A DNA stretch of 64,000 bases, taken from NCBI GenBank assembly GCA_002269645.1, contig NIVC01000952.1, positions 524,967-588,966 of the forward strand, in the 5' to 3' direction. Every line of letters begins with the position of its first letter. Position 1 is the first letter of the stretch. Source of the DNA: Macrostomum lignano (Eukaryota). A model generated the notes under the pieces. That model worked only from the letters and a program-made list of their open reading frames with translations, was not told where the DNA came from and searched no databases. Positions 17,830-30,691 of the stretch are shown piece by piece. The translations under genes and the position numbers were made by a program.

Positions 17830-19770
17830 CAGAGGCGTCGCCATGGAGTTTATGGTAGGGGGGGGGGGCGACAAAATCAAGGATTTTACAAGTGCATGAC
17901 TAAATTCCTACATGTACATTATTTTGGGAGTCGGTGTTGTTATAGCACTCATTTTGGAGCCGCAGACACTCATTTTGGAGCCGCAGACACTCATTTTAGC
18001 CGCAGACACTCATTTTGGCCGCAGACACTCATTTTGGGGCCGCAGACACTCATTTTGGCCGCAGACACTCATTTTGGCCGCAGACACTCATTTTGGCCGC
18101 AGACACTCATTTTGGCCGCAGACACTCATTTTGGCCGCAGACACTCATTTTGGCCGCAGACACTCATTTTGGCCGCAGACACTCATTTTGGCCGCAGACA
18201 CTCATTTTGGCGCCACAGGCACTCATTTTGGGGCCGCAGACACTCATTTTGGCCGCAGACACTCATTTTGGGGCCGCAGACACTCATTTTGGAGCCGCAG
18301 ACACTCATTTTGGCCACAGACACTCATTTTGGCCGCAGACACTCATTTTGGCCGCAGGCACTCATTTTGGCGCCACAGGCACTCATTTTGGAGCCGCAGA
18401 CACTCATTTTGGCCGCAGACACTCATTTTGGGGCCGCAGACACTCATTTTGGCCGCAGACACTCATTTTGGCGCCACAGGCACTCATTTTGGAGTCGCAG
18501 ACACTCATTTTGGAGCCACAGGCACTCATTTTGGAGTCGCAGACACTCATTTTGGAGCCACAGGCACTCATTTTGGCGCCACAGGCACTCATTTTGGAGC
18601 CGCAGACACTCATTTTGGCCGCAGACACTCATTTTGGGGCCGCAGACACTCATTTTGGCCGCAGACACTCATTTTGGCGCCACAGGCACTCATTTTGGAG
18701 TCGCAGACACTCATTTTGGAGCCACAGGCACTCATTTTGGAGTCGCAGACACTCATTTTGGAGCCGCAGACATTCATTTTGGGGCCGCAGACACTCATTT
18801 TGGAGCCGCAGACACTCATTTTGGCCACAGACACTCATTTTGGCCGCAGACACTCAATTTGGCCGCAGGCACTCATTTTGGCGCCACAGGCACTCATTTT
18901 GGAGCCGCAGACACTCATTTTGGCCGCATACACTCATTTTGGGGCCGCAGACACTCATTTTGGCCGCAGACACTCATTTTGGCCGCAGACACTCATTTTG
19001 GCGCCACAGGCACTCATTTTGGCGCCACAGGCACTCATTTTGGAGCCGCAGACACTCAATTTGGCCGCAGGCACTCATTTTGGCGCCACAGGCACTCATT
19101 TTGGAGCCGCAGACACTCATTTTGGCCGCAGACACTCATTTTGGGGCCGCAGACACTCATTTTGGCCGCAGACACTCATTTTGGCGCCACAGGCACTCAT
19201 TTTGGAGCCGCAGACACTCATTTTGGCCGCAGACACTCATTTTGGGGCCGCAGACACTCATTTTGGCCGCAGACACTCATTTTGGCGCCACAGGCACTCA
19301 TTTTGGAGTCGCAGACACTCATTTTGGAGCCACAGGCACTCATTTTGGAGTCGCAGACACTCATTTTGGAGCCGCAGACATTCATTTTGGGGCCGCAGAC
19401 ACTCATTTTGGAGCCGCAGACACTCATTTTTGCCACAGACACTCATTTTTGCCGCAGACACTCATTTTGGCCGCAGAGACTCATTTTGGCGCCACAGGCA
19501 CTCATTTTGGAGTCGCAGACACTCATTTTGGAGCCACAGGCACTCATTTTGGAGTCGCTGACACTCATTTTGGAGCCACAGGCACTCATTTTGGAGCCGC
19601 AGACACTCATTTTGGAGCCACAGGCACTCATTTTGAAGCCGCAGACACTAATTTTGGAGCCACAGACAGCCATTGCCAAAGGCGCTATGTTTTGGCGCCC
19701 TGAAGCAAAGTTATTGATTTCACGGGGGGGGGGGGCATGTCCCCCTTGTCCACCGGTAGCGACGCTCTTG
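17830..19770. mobile_element. hAT-like MITE with degenerate TIRs carrying a 19/21-bp minisatellite (~17944-19665)
   Basis: Ends CAGAGGCGTCGCCA... / ...GGTAGCGACGCTCTTG with G-runs inside both. Units CACTCATTTTGG(AG/CG/GG)CCRCAGR. No TSD found. Confidence 0.6.
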
Positions 19771-22700
19771 GGTATAAGGCAACACTAAGTTTCAGTGACA
19801 GCAGTATCATGATTCAAGCGATTTAGACAATGCACAGAACCTGTTTAGCAAGCAAGCGGACATTTGTTCCGACCTACTGATAGGAAACTGCATGTGGGTC
19901 AGACAGATGAATTAAAAAAGCAAAAGTCGCACCCGAGTCGATAGGAGCGATGAACAGAAGCTCAAGTCGGACAAGAGTGCTTTCCTATACCGACTCCGTG
20001 TTACAGGAAGAAGAAGAGAATACGTAGCTATGTAATAATAATACTATACCCTCGCACACCGCCCCCCCACTTCATTCCTCAACTCAAAACTGTCGCGGCG
20101 TGGCTAAGTTGCGCCACTCGTAAAGATTGAGAGACTTTACCTCCACTCTCAAAAGTGGCGACCACAGACGGAATCTTCTGTGATGGCGACTTTTCGATGT
20201 CGCTGAGTATAAGCTCATATGAGCGTATGATGAGGACGCACTTTTTTCCAAACTTCAGGCTCGCACATGGGCTCCAAACTTACAAGCCTACTAACAACAG
20301 ACTATGGGCATTGTTTCTTCTCTTTATGCAATTTTCCTAGAATTCATACTAGTTATATGATTTTGCCATACTTGTAGTTATAATAACATAGGTGCGGTTT
20401 TTTGCTGCTTTTGGGTCATGAATCATTGCGTCTGAGCTGGTCTGACAGCCACCTGCGCCTCACTCAATGCTGAGACTGGCGCCAGATGGTGAGAGGATGC
20501 GGGCGGTAGCTTTTTTCTCATCATTTTGACAGGCCATCAAGATTTATGAGGTCAGGGCCTATTGTTCGTGTTCACTCAAGCGTGTGGCAGCTTTGACAGC
20601 TATGCGTTTTACTCCTAAAAGTACGTTGGGATTAGCGATTATCGATTTCTCTTCATTATCTTCACTTTCTACTTAATAAGAGCTTTCTAATGTATATTTT
20701 TTTATTAATTTTTGTCATTCCTACGCGAAAGGTCATAAATCACTATGTAGCTATTTTGAGTGATTTATGACCGCACCTGTCGTATTTTTATGGCCCCGAT
20801 GGAACTGATAGGATCTTCTGGTCACGTGAGTTTGGGTGGCAACAAGCTCAGCCAATCAGAAAATTCGACGTGCGTTATAACAAATCGGCTCAGCCAATCA
20901 GCGTCGAGGTGTTCCATTATAACAAATTGCGGTCCAGTTGGCGGCTATTTAAACCGGTGTTTTTGGCCCGCTCGGACTCAACCTCCTGCTCCGCCTCCTG
21001 GGACTTTGACCTAACTTAGACCTCCCGGAGCTCGACCGTCGTCTTTTGATCCCCGGATCGCGACTAACCCTGTCATCATCAAGGACGAATCCCCCCGGTC
21101 GTCAGCAGCGAACATCAAGATTAAGAACATCACCTGCTAGCTATCTGCGAAGATTGTGACAACAGCATCATCCCGGGCCTACAGCTGCGAAGCACTGAGC
21201 CGATTCGGTCGCTGTGGATTACCTGGTCTCCGGCTGTTGAGTTTCTGATTGGTTGGGTGAGAGGCTACCTAGACTTGCTTGTGTCATGAATGTGATATTG
21301 TAACTTGAGTTGAGTGCACTATTCTACGCCGGGCCAGTCTGGCCGGCATCTCCCCCCCCCCTCCTCAGATATTTTCTGACTCACCCCCCTTCACTTCTGC
21401 GCGTGTGTACCCTACCCCCTCTCTGCCTAGGCCTTGTCTGTTATTCAACCCCCATTCTCTGCGTGCGACCCCCCCCCCATTCTTTGCGTGCGACCCCGCC
21501 CCATTCTTTTGTTAGCTTTGCTGCCCCGCCCCTGTTTGTGATTGGCTGCCAGTCCCAGTCTGCCGTGCTGCGCCCCGGCGATTGGCTGGTACGGCTCATG
21601 TTTTTCCTATGCTGATGTCTAAGTCCCCTTTTCTGCCTTTATCCCGCGCCCTCAACCCCCAGTTTGCTGCCTATTTATTCGGACCCCCTTGAGACCCCAT
21701 TCTCGTCATCTTCGTGGCTCTCCGGTGATTTTGCTAGCGTTGGTTGCTATTAAGTGTCCGAATTGTCCTACAAATACAATTAAAATATCGATAATCCCAC
21801 TGCTCTGTCGGCGCTGTTCCCGAGTTGTACGACTGAAATCGCGGCTGGTAAGCCTTCCAATTTGCAAGTCATTTGGGTCTGCATCTGTACTAGGCACCTT
21901 AGGGGGATTAAGTGCGTCGTACGCCGGTCCCACCCCAAGCAGCTCTGCGTCGTACGCTCGAGCAGCCTAGTCCCGACGGATACCGCGTCGTACGCGTGTC
22001 AGTGGAGGACCGCAGCCGGGGTCAGTACGCGAACCCGGGTCTGGGAAAGGGGCACGAAAGGACCGAGCCCTTGAGCCCCATCACAACACTTGATTGGGTG
22101 ATTCCTCATCTGTCCCCTATTTCAGTAGCTGAATTAGGCGCACACTTTTGCTCATTTTGTTCAGCAGTGCTGTTATCGAGGCAGAAATCACTTTATAATA
22201 CTGCTAGTAGTCTGAAACTCCAATTCAATCTAAAGTGTGAAGTGATTTAAGGAGAAGGTTAAATCTGACAGTAATTTTTATCGGTTTTATTCTTTGTTCC
22301 CCGATGGCTCAGATGAGTAGCTAAGCTAGTAGGCGCCGGTCACAGTGGACCAATGGCAAGGCAGTTCTCAGTCGATCAATCTATCAAATCAGTTAGCAAA
22401 ATTGCCAATAGTGCAAAATCACAAAATCTGACAGGAGGGGGGGGCAGGACTCTAATTGATTTATTTCTGAGACCTGAGGCCCGAAGGCTTCCCGAAAGGG
22501 GCCGAAAAGGCCGAAACCCATCACGTACAGGGTGTACAGCGGTTCCGAGTTTCTCACCGTCAGGCTTGCGCACCCTCTGTGCCTTGGAGGTTGGTTCGTT
22601 TTCTGAGCTGGATTTATTTTGCGTTGCTGGGTCGGCGTTGCATAGGATATACCGGTTCCCTTCCCAGGGAAATTAGCGAGTTACAACACGTTATAATAAA

Positions 22701-22934
22701 ATATTGCCTACTGATTGATGTTGCAGAAAATTCCAACTATTGCTAGCTATGATAATATACTCTGAATATCACAATTTCCGTGCCGATGTAGCAAAATATC
22801 ACAAAAATGTGCAGTCAAATCACCTTGTTGCAGCGAAAGCATTGCATAGCCTATGAAATTTTAAAATCATCTTCATCTCGACCATGCACCCATGCTTGTT
22901 AATTGTTGCTGTGTTGATTCTTTGATATACCAGA

Positions 22935-23450
22935 CATTTCCCCTCCGGTGTTTTCCCTCTGGTGTTTCCCTTTCAGTGTTTTCCTCCAGCGTTTCCGGTC
23001 CGGCATTTTCCCTCCGGTGTTTCCCTTTCGGTGTTTTCCTCCAGCGTTTCCGGTCCGGCATTTTCTCTCCGGTGTTTCCCTTCCGGTGTTTTCCTCCAGC
23101 GTTTCCGGTCCGGCATTTTCCCTCCGGTGTTTCCCTTTCGGTGTTTTCCTCCAGCGTTTCCGGTACGGCATTTTCCCTCCGGTGTTTTCCTCCAGCGTTT
23201 CCGGTCCGGCATTTTCCCTCCGGTGTTTCCCTTTCGGTGTTTTCCTCCAGCGTTTCCGGTCCGGCATTTTCTCTCCGGTGTTTCCCTTCCGGTGTTTTCC
23301 TCCAGCGTTTCCGGTCCGGCATTTTCCCTCCGGTGTTTCCCTTTCGGTGTTTTCCTCCAGCGTTTCCGGTCCGGCATTTTCCCTCCGGTGTTTCCCTTCC
23401 GGTGTTTTCCTCCAGCGTTTCCGGTCCGCCTTTTTCTCTCCGGTGTTTCC
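22935..23450. repeat. 55-bp tandem array (~9 units), with an inverted cognate at ~23700-23770
   Basis: CGGCA recurs at 23001 and 23056. Unit TTTTCCCTCCGGTGTTTCCCTTTCGGTGTTTTCCTCCAGCGTTTCCGGTCCGGCA. Reverse-oriented GGAAAATGTCCGGAGG motifs end at ...AACGCACC. Confidence 0.85.
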
Positions 23451-25043
23451 TAAAAACTAGAATAAAATGGACTGCAGCGCAACAAAGCGCGCTTTGATGG
23501 CCTTGAAGTGTCTGAAGTGTCTATCGCCCCCTTCCATGCACGCCCCCTATCCATGAGCAGCAACGTGCACGTACATGTATCCATTATCCAGCTAGAGGAC
23601 ACAGAAGACATGGAGACATGACCATACGGACTAGAGGCCAATTTATTCCGTCCCAGCCACACAATCAACTTTCACTTTATGTTCACTTTCATTTCGAGGG
23701 AAAATGTCCGGAGGAGAATGTCCAAAGGGGAATGTACGGAAGGAGAAATGCCGGAGGGGAAACGCACCTAGAGGACATTCTGTTTCTCAAGATTCACCTG
23801 AGGGCAGTTAGCTGGTTAGAGAGCTCGTGTCTACTTGTATCTATGTAATATTTTAGAAGTATTAATTGGAGTAATCGAATTAAATAATTCACCTCTATCA
23901 TGGTGGAACACTTAAACAATTGAACATTGCCTTAGTCTGCAGCCACCTGGCTTGACCCGCATGAAACCCACATGGCTCAGCCAATGACTTTAACTGTATT
24001 GCTCAGGTTGCCGTATTGCTCAGGTAAATCAGCGCCAAGCATTAATAAACACAGCAGCCAGTCTGCATCAGCTCTGCCTCAGCTTTCTCAACTGTCTGCG
24101 CCGAAATCCTTGAGCATGGAGGCTCTCTGCTCAGCCATCGCAATCTGTTCGTATTACGCAGGGTGCCGAGAAGACTCAGCGATTGGGAACCAATTTGAAG
24201 CCTTCGTTACTCCAGGAAATTTCAAATGCAAAACGGAGGTCACATCACATCGGGCTTCGAGTCGCAAGACTGCGTCTCTGCTTTTGGTACTTGAACACTC
24301 TTCCTGGCTTCGAAGTTTTCAGCTGCACACTTACGAGTATTTGTTTTGCAGCGCAGATATCCTAATCTGCAGCCTGTCTTCGAACTACAGCCGGCTCCAT
24401 TCCCTGCGGAATTCTCATCAAAGACATTTATTGCGACTAACCAAGCAATAGATGTGAAAGCAACGAGTGCGAATGTCACAAGCTTTTCTCAGACTAAATT
24501 TGCATTCGAGTACTGGGCAATCAGCAGCCACAGAACAGGTGCGAATTTTCAGTGCAGCTTCCAGATTTTCAAGTGTTCGCAGAGAAGCGACTCGTCAAAC
24601 CTGAACTGAGCTCTGCAGCTCCGACTTTAAAAAGGGATGTTCATTTAAGTCGGTGCAAAATCAAATATTTTAATGCTTATTTAAACAAAATTGACTACCT
24701 ACATTCAGTATACGCTCGCATATGATTTAGGGAGAAATTCTGAAATCTCTGAATAAATTAATTGACAGATTTTGCTCAGCCAGGCAGTTGCTTTGTGCCT
24801 CAAAATTTCTATTGCAATTAGGACTGGAACCATAAGAAGACAGTTTAAGAAAGTCAGCATTTTAGAAACTTATTTAAACAAATGCCATCAGCTAAGTAGC
24901 TGACGTACTTTTTAAAACACGATTTTATTTCGCAAATTCTAAAACTAATTGGTGATGTAAAACAAACAAACACGAAATTATTTGCGGATCGGCGGCTTCC
25001 AGACAGGGTTTCTTAGCTCCAGGAACCTCCAGATTGGAAGCCT

Positions 25044-26076
25044 TAGTCTCAGAGATGGGGTTTTAATAGTCTCTGAGATGGGGATTTATTAGCCTCAGAG
25101 ATGGGGATTTATTAGCCTCAGAGATAGGGATTTATTAGCCTCAGGGATGGGGATTTAATAGTCTCAGAGATGGGGATTTATTAGCCTCAGAGATAGGGAT
25201 TTATTAGCCTCAGGGATGGGGATTTAATAGTCTCAGAGATGGGGATTCATTAGCCTCAGGGATAGGGATTTATTAGCCTCAGAGATAGGGATTTATTAGC
25301 CTCAGTGATGGGGATTTAATAGTCTCAGAGATGGGGATTCATTAGCCTCAGGGATGGGGATTTAATAGTCTCAGAGATGGGGATTCATTAGCCTCAGGGA
25401 TAGGGATTTAATAGTCTCAGAGATGGGGATTCATTAGCCTCAGGGATGGGGATTTAATAGTCTCAGAGATAGGGATTTATTAGCCTCAGTGATGGGGATT
25501 TAATAGTCTCAGAGATGGGGATTCATTAGCCTCAGGGATGGGGATTTAATAGTCTCAGAGATGGGGATTCATTAGCCTCAGGGATAGGGATTTAATAGTC
25601 TCTGAGATGGGGATTTATTAGTCTCAGAGATGGGGATTTATTAGCCTCAGAGATAGGGATTTATTAGCCTCAGGGATGGGGATTTAATAGTCTCAGAGAT
25701 GGGGATTCATTAGCCTCAGGGATAGGGATTTATTAGCCTCAGAGATAGGGATTTATTAGCCTCAGGGATGGGGATTTAATAGTCTCAGATATGGGGATTC
25801 ATTAGCCTCAGGGATAGGGATTTATTAGCCTCAGAGATAGGGATTTATTAGCCTCAGGGATGGGGATTTAATAGTCTCAGAGATGGGGATTCATTAGCCT
25901 CAGGGATGGGGATTTATTAGCCTCAGAGATGGGGATTTATTAGCCTCAGGGATGGGAATTTATTAGCCTCAGAGATGGGGATTTATTAGCCTCAGAGATG
26001 GGGATTTATTAGGCTCAAGGATGGCGATTTATTAGCCTCAGGGATGGGGATTTATTAGCCTCAGAGATGGGGATTC
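25044..26076. repeat. 23-bp minisatellite (~45 units)
   Basis: Unit TCAGRGATRGGGATTTATTAGCC; period measured 25093 to 25116. Confidence 0.95.
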
Positions 26077-26112
26077 CTAAACTACCTAAGCAAAATCACA
26101 CAGAGCAAGCGC

Positions 26113-26496
26113 TCAGTCAACTGTCAACCCCGCCGACTTGGCGTACGTGAGCTCAAACAGTCGCTCAGCCGTGAGCTCCGGCTCCCCCCCGTACTTGGCC
26201 GCCCAGTCCACGTACGGCTTGAGCTGGAAGCCGGTCAGGTCGGGCACAACGAGTTCCGGCCGGGCTTCGCTGAACGCTCGACTGCCTGAGGGGCCGCCGC
26301 GAGTGGCAGCCGCGATGGCCACTCGGTCGGGCATCTCGCGCGGCACCCAAGGATTGTCGGCCCGGCGCTGGTGCTTGCGAACCGCCGTCATCCAGGCGTG
26401 GCCCTGATTTATGATTTGACAACAGCTCAAGACTTTATTTTTTTAGAGGCTGGGGGCTGTGTGCACCCTGGTGCACTTGGAGGCATTACTGCTCAT
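26113..26496 (-). CDS. MRPL41: Mitochondrial ribosomal protein mL41 (exons 26496-26467 and 26403-26113, ~106 aa)
   Basis: PELVVPDLTGFQLKPYV...LTAERLF matches the mL41 signature. Acceptor aaatcag|GGC. First exon MSSNASKCTR with a weak donor gtgcac; exon 1 is less certain. Confidence 0.85.
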
Positions 26497-26676
26497 TCCG
26501 AAGATTTATGATCAGAGATGCAAGCGCGTACGCAAGCGCGCGGATACGTACGCAGTCATACGCACAGCACACACTGACAGAGGAGTGGACAGCGGCCCTG
26601 ACTTTATTTATCGGCAGGCGTGTACACTTCACTGTGCCTTGGAGGTTGGCCCTCAAGGCTGGCGACGGGCCTAACC

Positions 26677-26860
26677 AAGGTAAGTCGCAAAAATGCCCAC
26701 CAAAAATAGACTAATTAGATGACGAGGCATTTGGCCTTATTATGCAGTTATATTTACACTTGCCGTTTACCCAAAATTTGCTTGTTTCTTAGGTAAGTCG
26801 CATTTTTGGTCAAAAAGTAAGTCGCACGGCCAGTGAAAATCAGGGGAGTTGCGCATGTAT
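26677..26860. mobile_element. Truncated relative of the hAT MITE at 28563
   Basis: Shares CCAAGG(T)AAGTCGCAAAAATGCCCACC, GACGAGGCATTT, CCGTTTACCCAAA, AAGTCGCACGGCC and the right TIR GTTGCGCATGTAT. No left TIR. Confidence 0.65.
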
Positions 26861-27077
26861 ATTCGAGGGGTCAATTGCACGAGCGACTCTCTTAGTGATC
26901 TTTCGTTTCTCTTCCTCTTCTCACATCGCCTTCTCAGTAGCGCGGCCACCTCTACTTTCTTATACACGCGCAACATACCGCCTGGTTCATGCTCATAAAT
27001 ATAACTGTTTTGGCTCGCGCTCGAGGCGCTTGGTAGTGCTACTCATAGTAGGGATGTAAAATGTAGGGAGTACGACG

Positions 27078-27490
27078 TTTGCTTGCGGGAACTTTGCTTG
27101 CCGAACTTTGCTTGCAAGAATTTTGCTTGCCGAACTTTGATATGTGCATAAATGTGCCCAAATCATTCGATATGTGTCCAAATCATTGTGTCCAATTTTT
27201 TGTTGAAAATATATTCCCAGTAAAAACTAAATTATTCCATTTCTGCGTTAGGGCTTTTCAAATCCGCCATATCCTCATACAAAATCATAACACTATAGGC
27301 GACTTCCACGAATCTTAATAGGTTCTTTAAGGTTCCGCAAGAAAACTGGCTGGCAAAACTCGGCAAGCAAAATTTCTGCAAGCAAAGTTCCTGCAAGAAA
27401 ACTTCGGCAAGCTTATGTGCAGCAAGCAAATTTGCTGCAAGCAAAATTCGGCAAGCAAAGTTCGGCAAGCAAAGCTCGGCAAGCAAATTT
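27078..27490. repeat. Inverted subterminal arrays (TTTGCTTGC.. / ..GCAAGCAAA), probable MITE
   Basis: ~15-bp units at 27078-27140 are mirrored by GCAAGCAAA units at 27360-27490. Confidence 0.6.
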
Positions 27491-28289
27491 CATAGATCCA
27501 AAATGTACGCTACTTAAAATGTAAGCATTAATATGAGTCAAATATAAATATTCATGCTATCACAAGTGACTGCATACAAACCTGCTGGTAGGAGAACTTC
27601 ATTTTCTTATGCAGCATGGCAGTGGTGGAAATCCTGCATGAGCATTGAGATTTTAGCAGCAAGCCCACTGCTGCCAGCTTTGACAACATTGGCTGCACAT
27701 TTGCTTCAAGGCAGAATTGCATGCTTTAACTGTAATGTTAAATTAAGAACTTGCATCATATTGCAATAAATCCAATTCAATTTGTGTAAAACACCAAATA
27801 TTATTACCTAAAAAGACCAAAAGCTTCATATACAAACAAATAAAAACTTAGGCCTAATTTTTATAATATTATGATTCCTTTCAATTAATTGGGGCTACCA
27901 TTATATTCAAATAAAATTAAGTTATTTAAATTTTTATATTAAACTATTTACTCCAACTAATATTGTTTTTGCAATATGAAATACATAGAATAGGCCTAGA
28001 ATACATATGAAATTCCATGGTCTTCTTGAACTAGAGAATGGTAAGTTTAGGGAAGGGAGATTTTTTATAGGGATTGATTGTACCTACCAAAACTTCAATA
28101 GAGGCATAGAGTAAAAATTAAGATCCATTTTTTAAATTAGCTCATTGGAAACCCACATGGAAGCAAAATTAAGATTCTATCAAACAGTTTTAGCTACCAA
28201 AACTTCGATAGAGGTTTGGTGACCTATTGAAGATTAGATAGATTGTTTATGAAGCATAAAAAGTCTTTTCTTAGTAGTCTAATAATGTA

Positions 28290-28562
28290 GCAAGCCACTA
28301 GTTGATAGAGGGTAGAGTAAGGAGTGAGAAGAGAGGAGAGGGAAGAGAAAGTAGAGAGAAGAGAGTAGAGAGCAAAGAGAAATGAGAAGAGATAAAAGAG
28401 GAAAAAGGCGAGATGAGAGAGCTGAGATGAGAAAGAAGAGAGGAGAGGGGAGAGAAAAAATAGGAGAGAGATAAGACAAGAAGAGGGGAGAGAGGCTCAG
28501 CTCAGAGAGGAGAAAGGAGAGAAGAAAGAAGAGATAAGATGAAAGAGAGAAGAGAGAGAGAC
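28290..28562. repeat. GA-rich low-complexity tract; continues after the MITE to ~28940
   Basis: Almost purely purine sequence. Confidence 0.85.
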
Positions 28563-28859
28563 CATACATGCGCAACAGTTGGCCGAGTCGGCCAATCCGG
28601 CCAACTGATTTGGCAGCCAACCAAGGAAGTCGCAAAAATGCCCACCCGAAAAAACACCAAGTAATAGTACTAAGTAGCTGACGAGGCATTTTGGTTTTAT
28701 AAGACAGTCATAGTTACTCCTACCGTTTACCCAAAGTTGCGTTAATTTTGCTTTCAGGTTTTCTTACATGTAAGTCACATTTTTGGCCAAAAACTACGTT
28801 GCATTTTTGTTAAAACTAAGTCGCACGGCCGACTGAATTTTGGAGGTTGCGCATGTATG
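28563..28859. mobile_element. 297-bp hAT MITE
   Basis: Perfect 14-bp TIR CATACATGCGCAAC; 8-bp TSD AGAGAGAC at 28555-28562 and 28860-28867. Confidence 0.9.
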
Positions 28860-30691
28860 AGAGAGACAAGAGAGAAGAGAGGAAACAGAAGAGAAGATAC
28901 AAGTTTCAAAGGATCTAATGGACATAAAGAGAGGCAGAGGTAGAAGCCAGAGTTTGCCTAACATTCTGTGCAGCATCCCAGCCAACAATATCAATGTTTG
29001 CCTTAAAATCCTAATTTTATACAAATGTATTCTATTTTTATGTTTAACTCTATACTAACAAATAACAAGTTTTTGTTTGAGTTTGCCTTCAGATTTTTGG
29101 AATACACGCAAAAAATAGTTGCAGGGATTGGAATTCCTTGGATTCAAAATCTGTGGGTTTCAACAGGTTATATACTATATTTATAAAAATAATAACAATT
29201 AATAGCCTATTATTATGAAAAAAAGATTAGAAAACATATTAATTAACATAGAGATACAGTTAATTATCAGGCATATTATTAATAGATATTATTTAATATA
29301 AATAATTTATACAACTTTACAAGTCATAAAAAATTTTGTAGTAAGAAATATTAGGCCTAGGGCAAGCCTATTCTATTAGGCCTAGCCTACCTAAACCCTA
29401 GTTAAGAACACAATAGGCCTAGCAAAGGTAGCAACAAATTAAAAGAAAATGAGATAAACAATACAAGAAACATTTTTTAAAGTGAGCTTTGATTTCACAT
29501 TCTGTCCATATTTAAACAAAACAAAAATAATATTAAATTAATATTAAGAAGTCTAGTAAAACATTTTTAGTAGTAATACAATACTATAAAGTTGCAAAAA
29601 AGAGAAGCTGCCTATTTTGAGTTCTTAGGGTTAGGCTACAGGGGGCCTAATATAATTGAAATGGAATAAGATTTGTATTATTTTCATAATCATAGAATTT
29701 TTTAGTAAGCCTAGATTACTGTTGACAAGATAAAAAATAACAAACTGATATGCTTTTACTAGGCCTAGTATTTTTAACACTAATAATAGCATTTTTTTAT
29801 TCTTGCAGTTTTATCATTCTATTCTAGACATCATCCAAGTGTCTGGCAAAAAAAAGTAATGAAGAAACAAAAGTAGCGTAAGACAGACACAAAGCAATGT
29901 ATTTGGAAAAAATTCGAAATCTAGAAGTTTATAAAGACGATTAAAGATAAAGTATTTGAAAGCGCGCCAGAATTTTTTACGGTATTTTTGGACGAAAAGT
30001 GACGACTAACAACGAAACGACAAATTTAAAGTACTTAAATAAGGAAATTATAATATGAATATGAATATGAATATGGATTAGTATAAATATGAGTTACGAG
30101 GCATTGCTTTGATTACGAGATTACGAGATAAGGCACGAATGAATTTCGAACGAAAAATCGAAAAGACAAAAAAGATGTAGACTACATATTGTAGTGAATT
30201 GGCTGAAAGCATATATTTTGATGCGAGCTCATACTATGCTGGGACAGACCTTTTAGAGGGGAACGAAAGCGAAAACGAGACGAAAAATACTTTGTCTATG
30301 GCAGTCACGAGCCAATAGGAAAGAACGGGGGAAAGGGATGTTAAAAGCGAAAATCGAGCGAGATAAAAATAACTTGCTCAGATTAGCACTCCATTCTATT
30401 CTTTCCTCCATGGTTGAAACCACAGAATGCACCAGAATGCTCAATCAGCTTCCAAATCGAAAGCCGAAATATAAAACCATAGACACGTACTAGTCCTGAG
30501 GTGAAGAAGAGATAAGTACTGAAATATGAGAAGTAGTCACCCTTTTGTACGTCCATTCGAGAGGGGGAACATTTTTATGGACAAAAGGTCCCGATTGTAT
30601 ATTTGCAGCTGTAGCGACATGAAAATGTAGATATTAATTGTGAACATTAAACTCAAACTAGAACAGTTTAAAACAGCAGTATGAGCAGCAG

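Noticed and set aside
17788-19788. ORFs of 550-670 aa in all three + frames
   Set aside because: They are translations of a stop-free 19/21-bp minisatellite, with no domain and no unique sequence.
21291-22085. Solo LTR with TGTGAT...ATCACA ends
   Set aside because: Flanks ATGAA and ACACT give no TSD, so the boundaries are unsupported. The region is kept only as a low-level finding.
22873-23497. Repetitive ORFs on both strands
   Set aside because: Products of the 55-bp tandem array.
23972-24609. ORFs of 60-159 aa
   Set aside because: No recognisable domain, codon bias or splice support.
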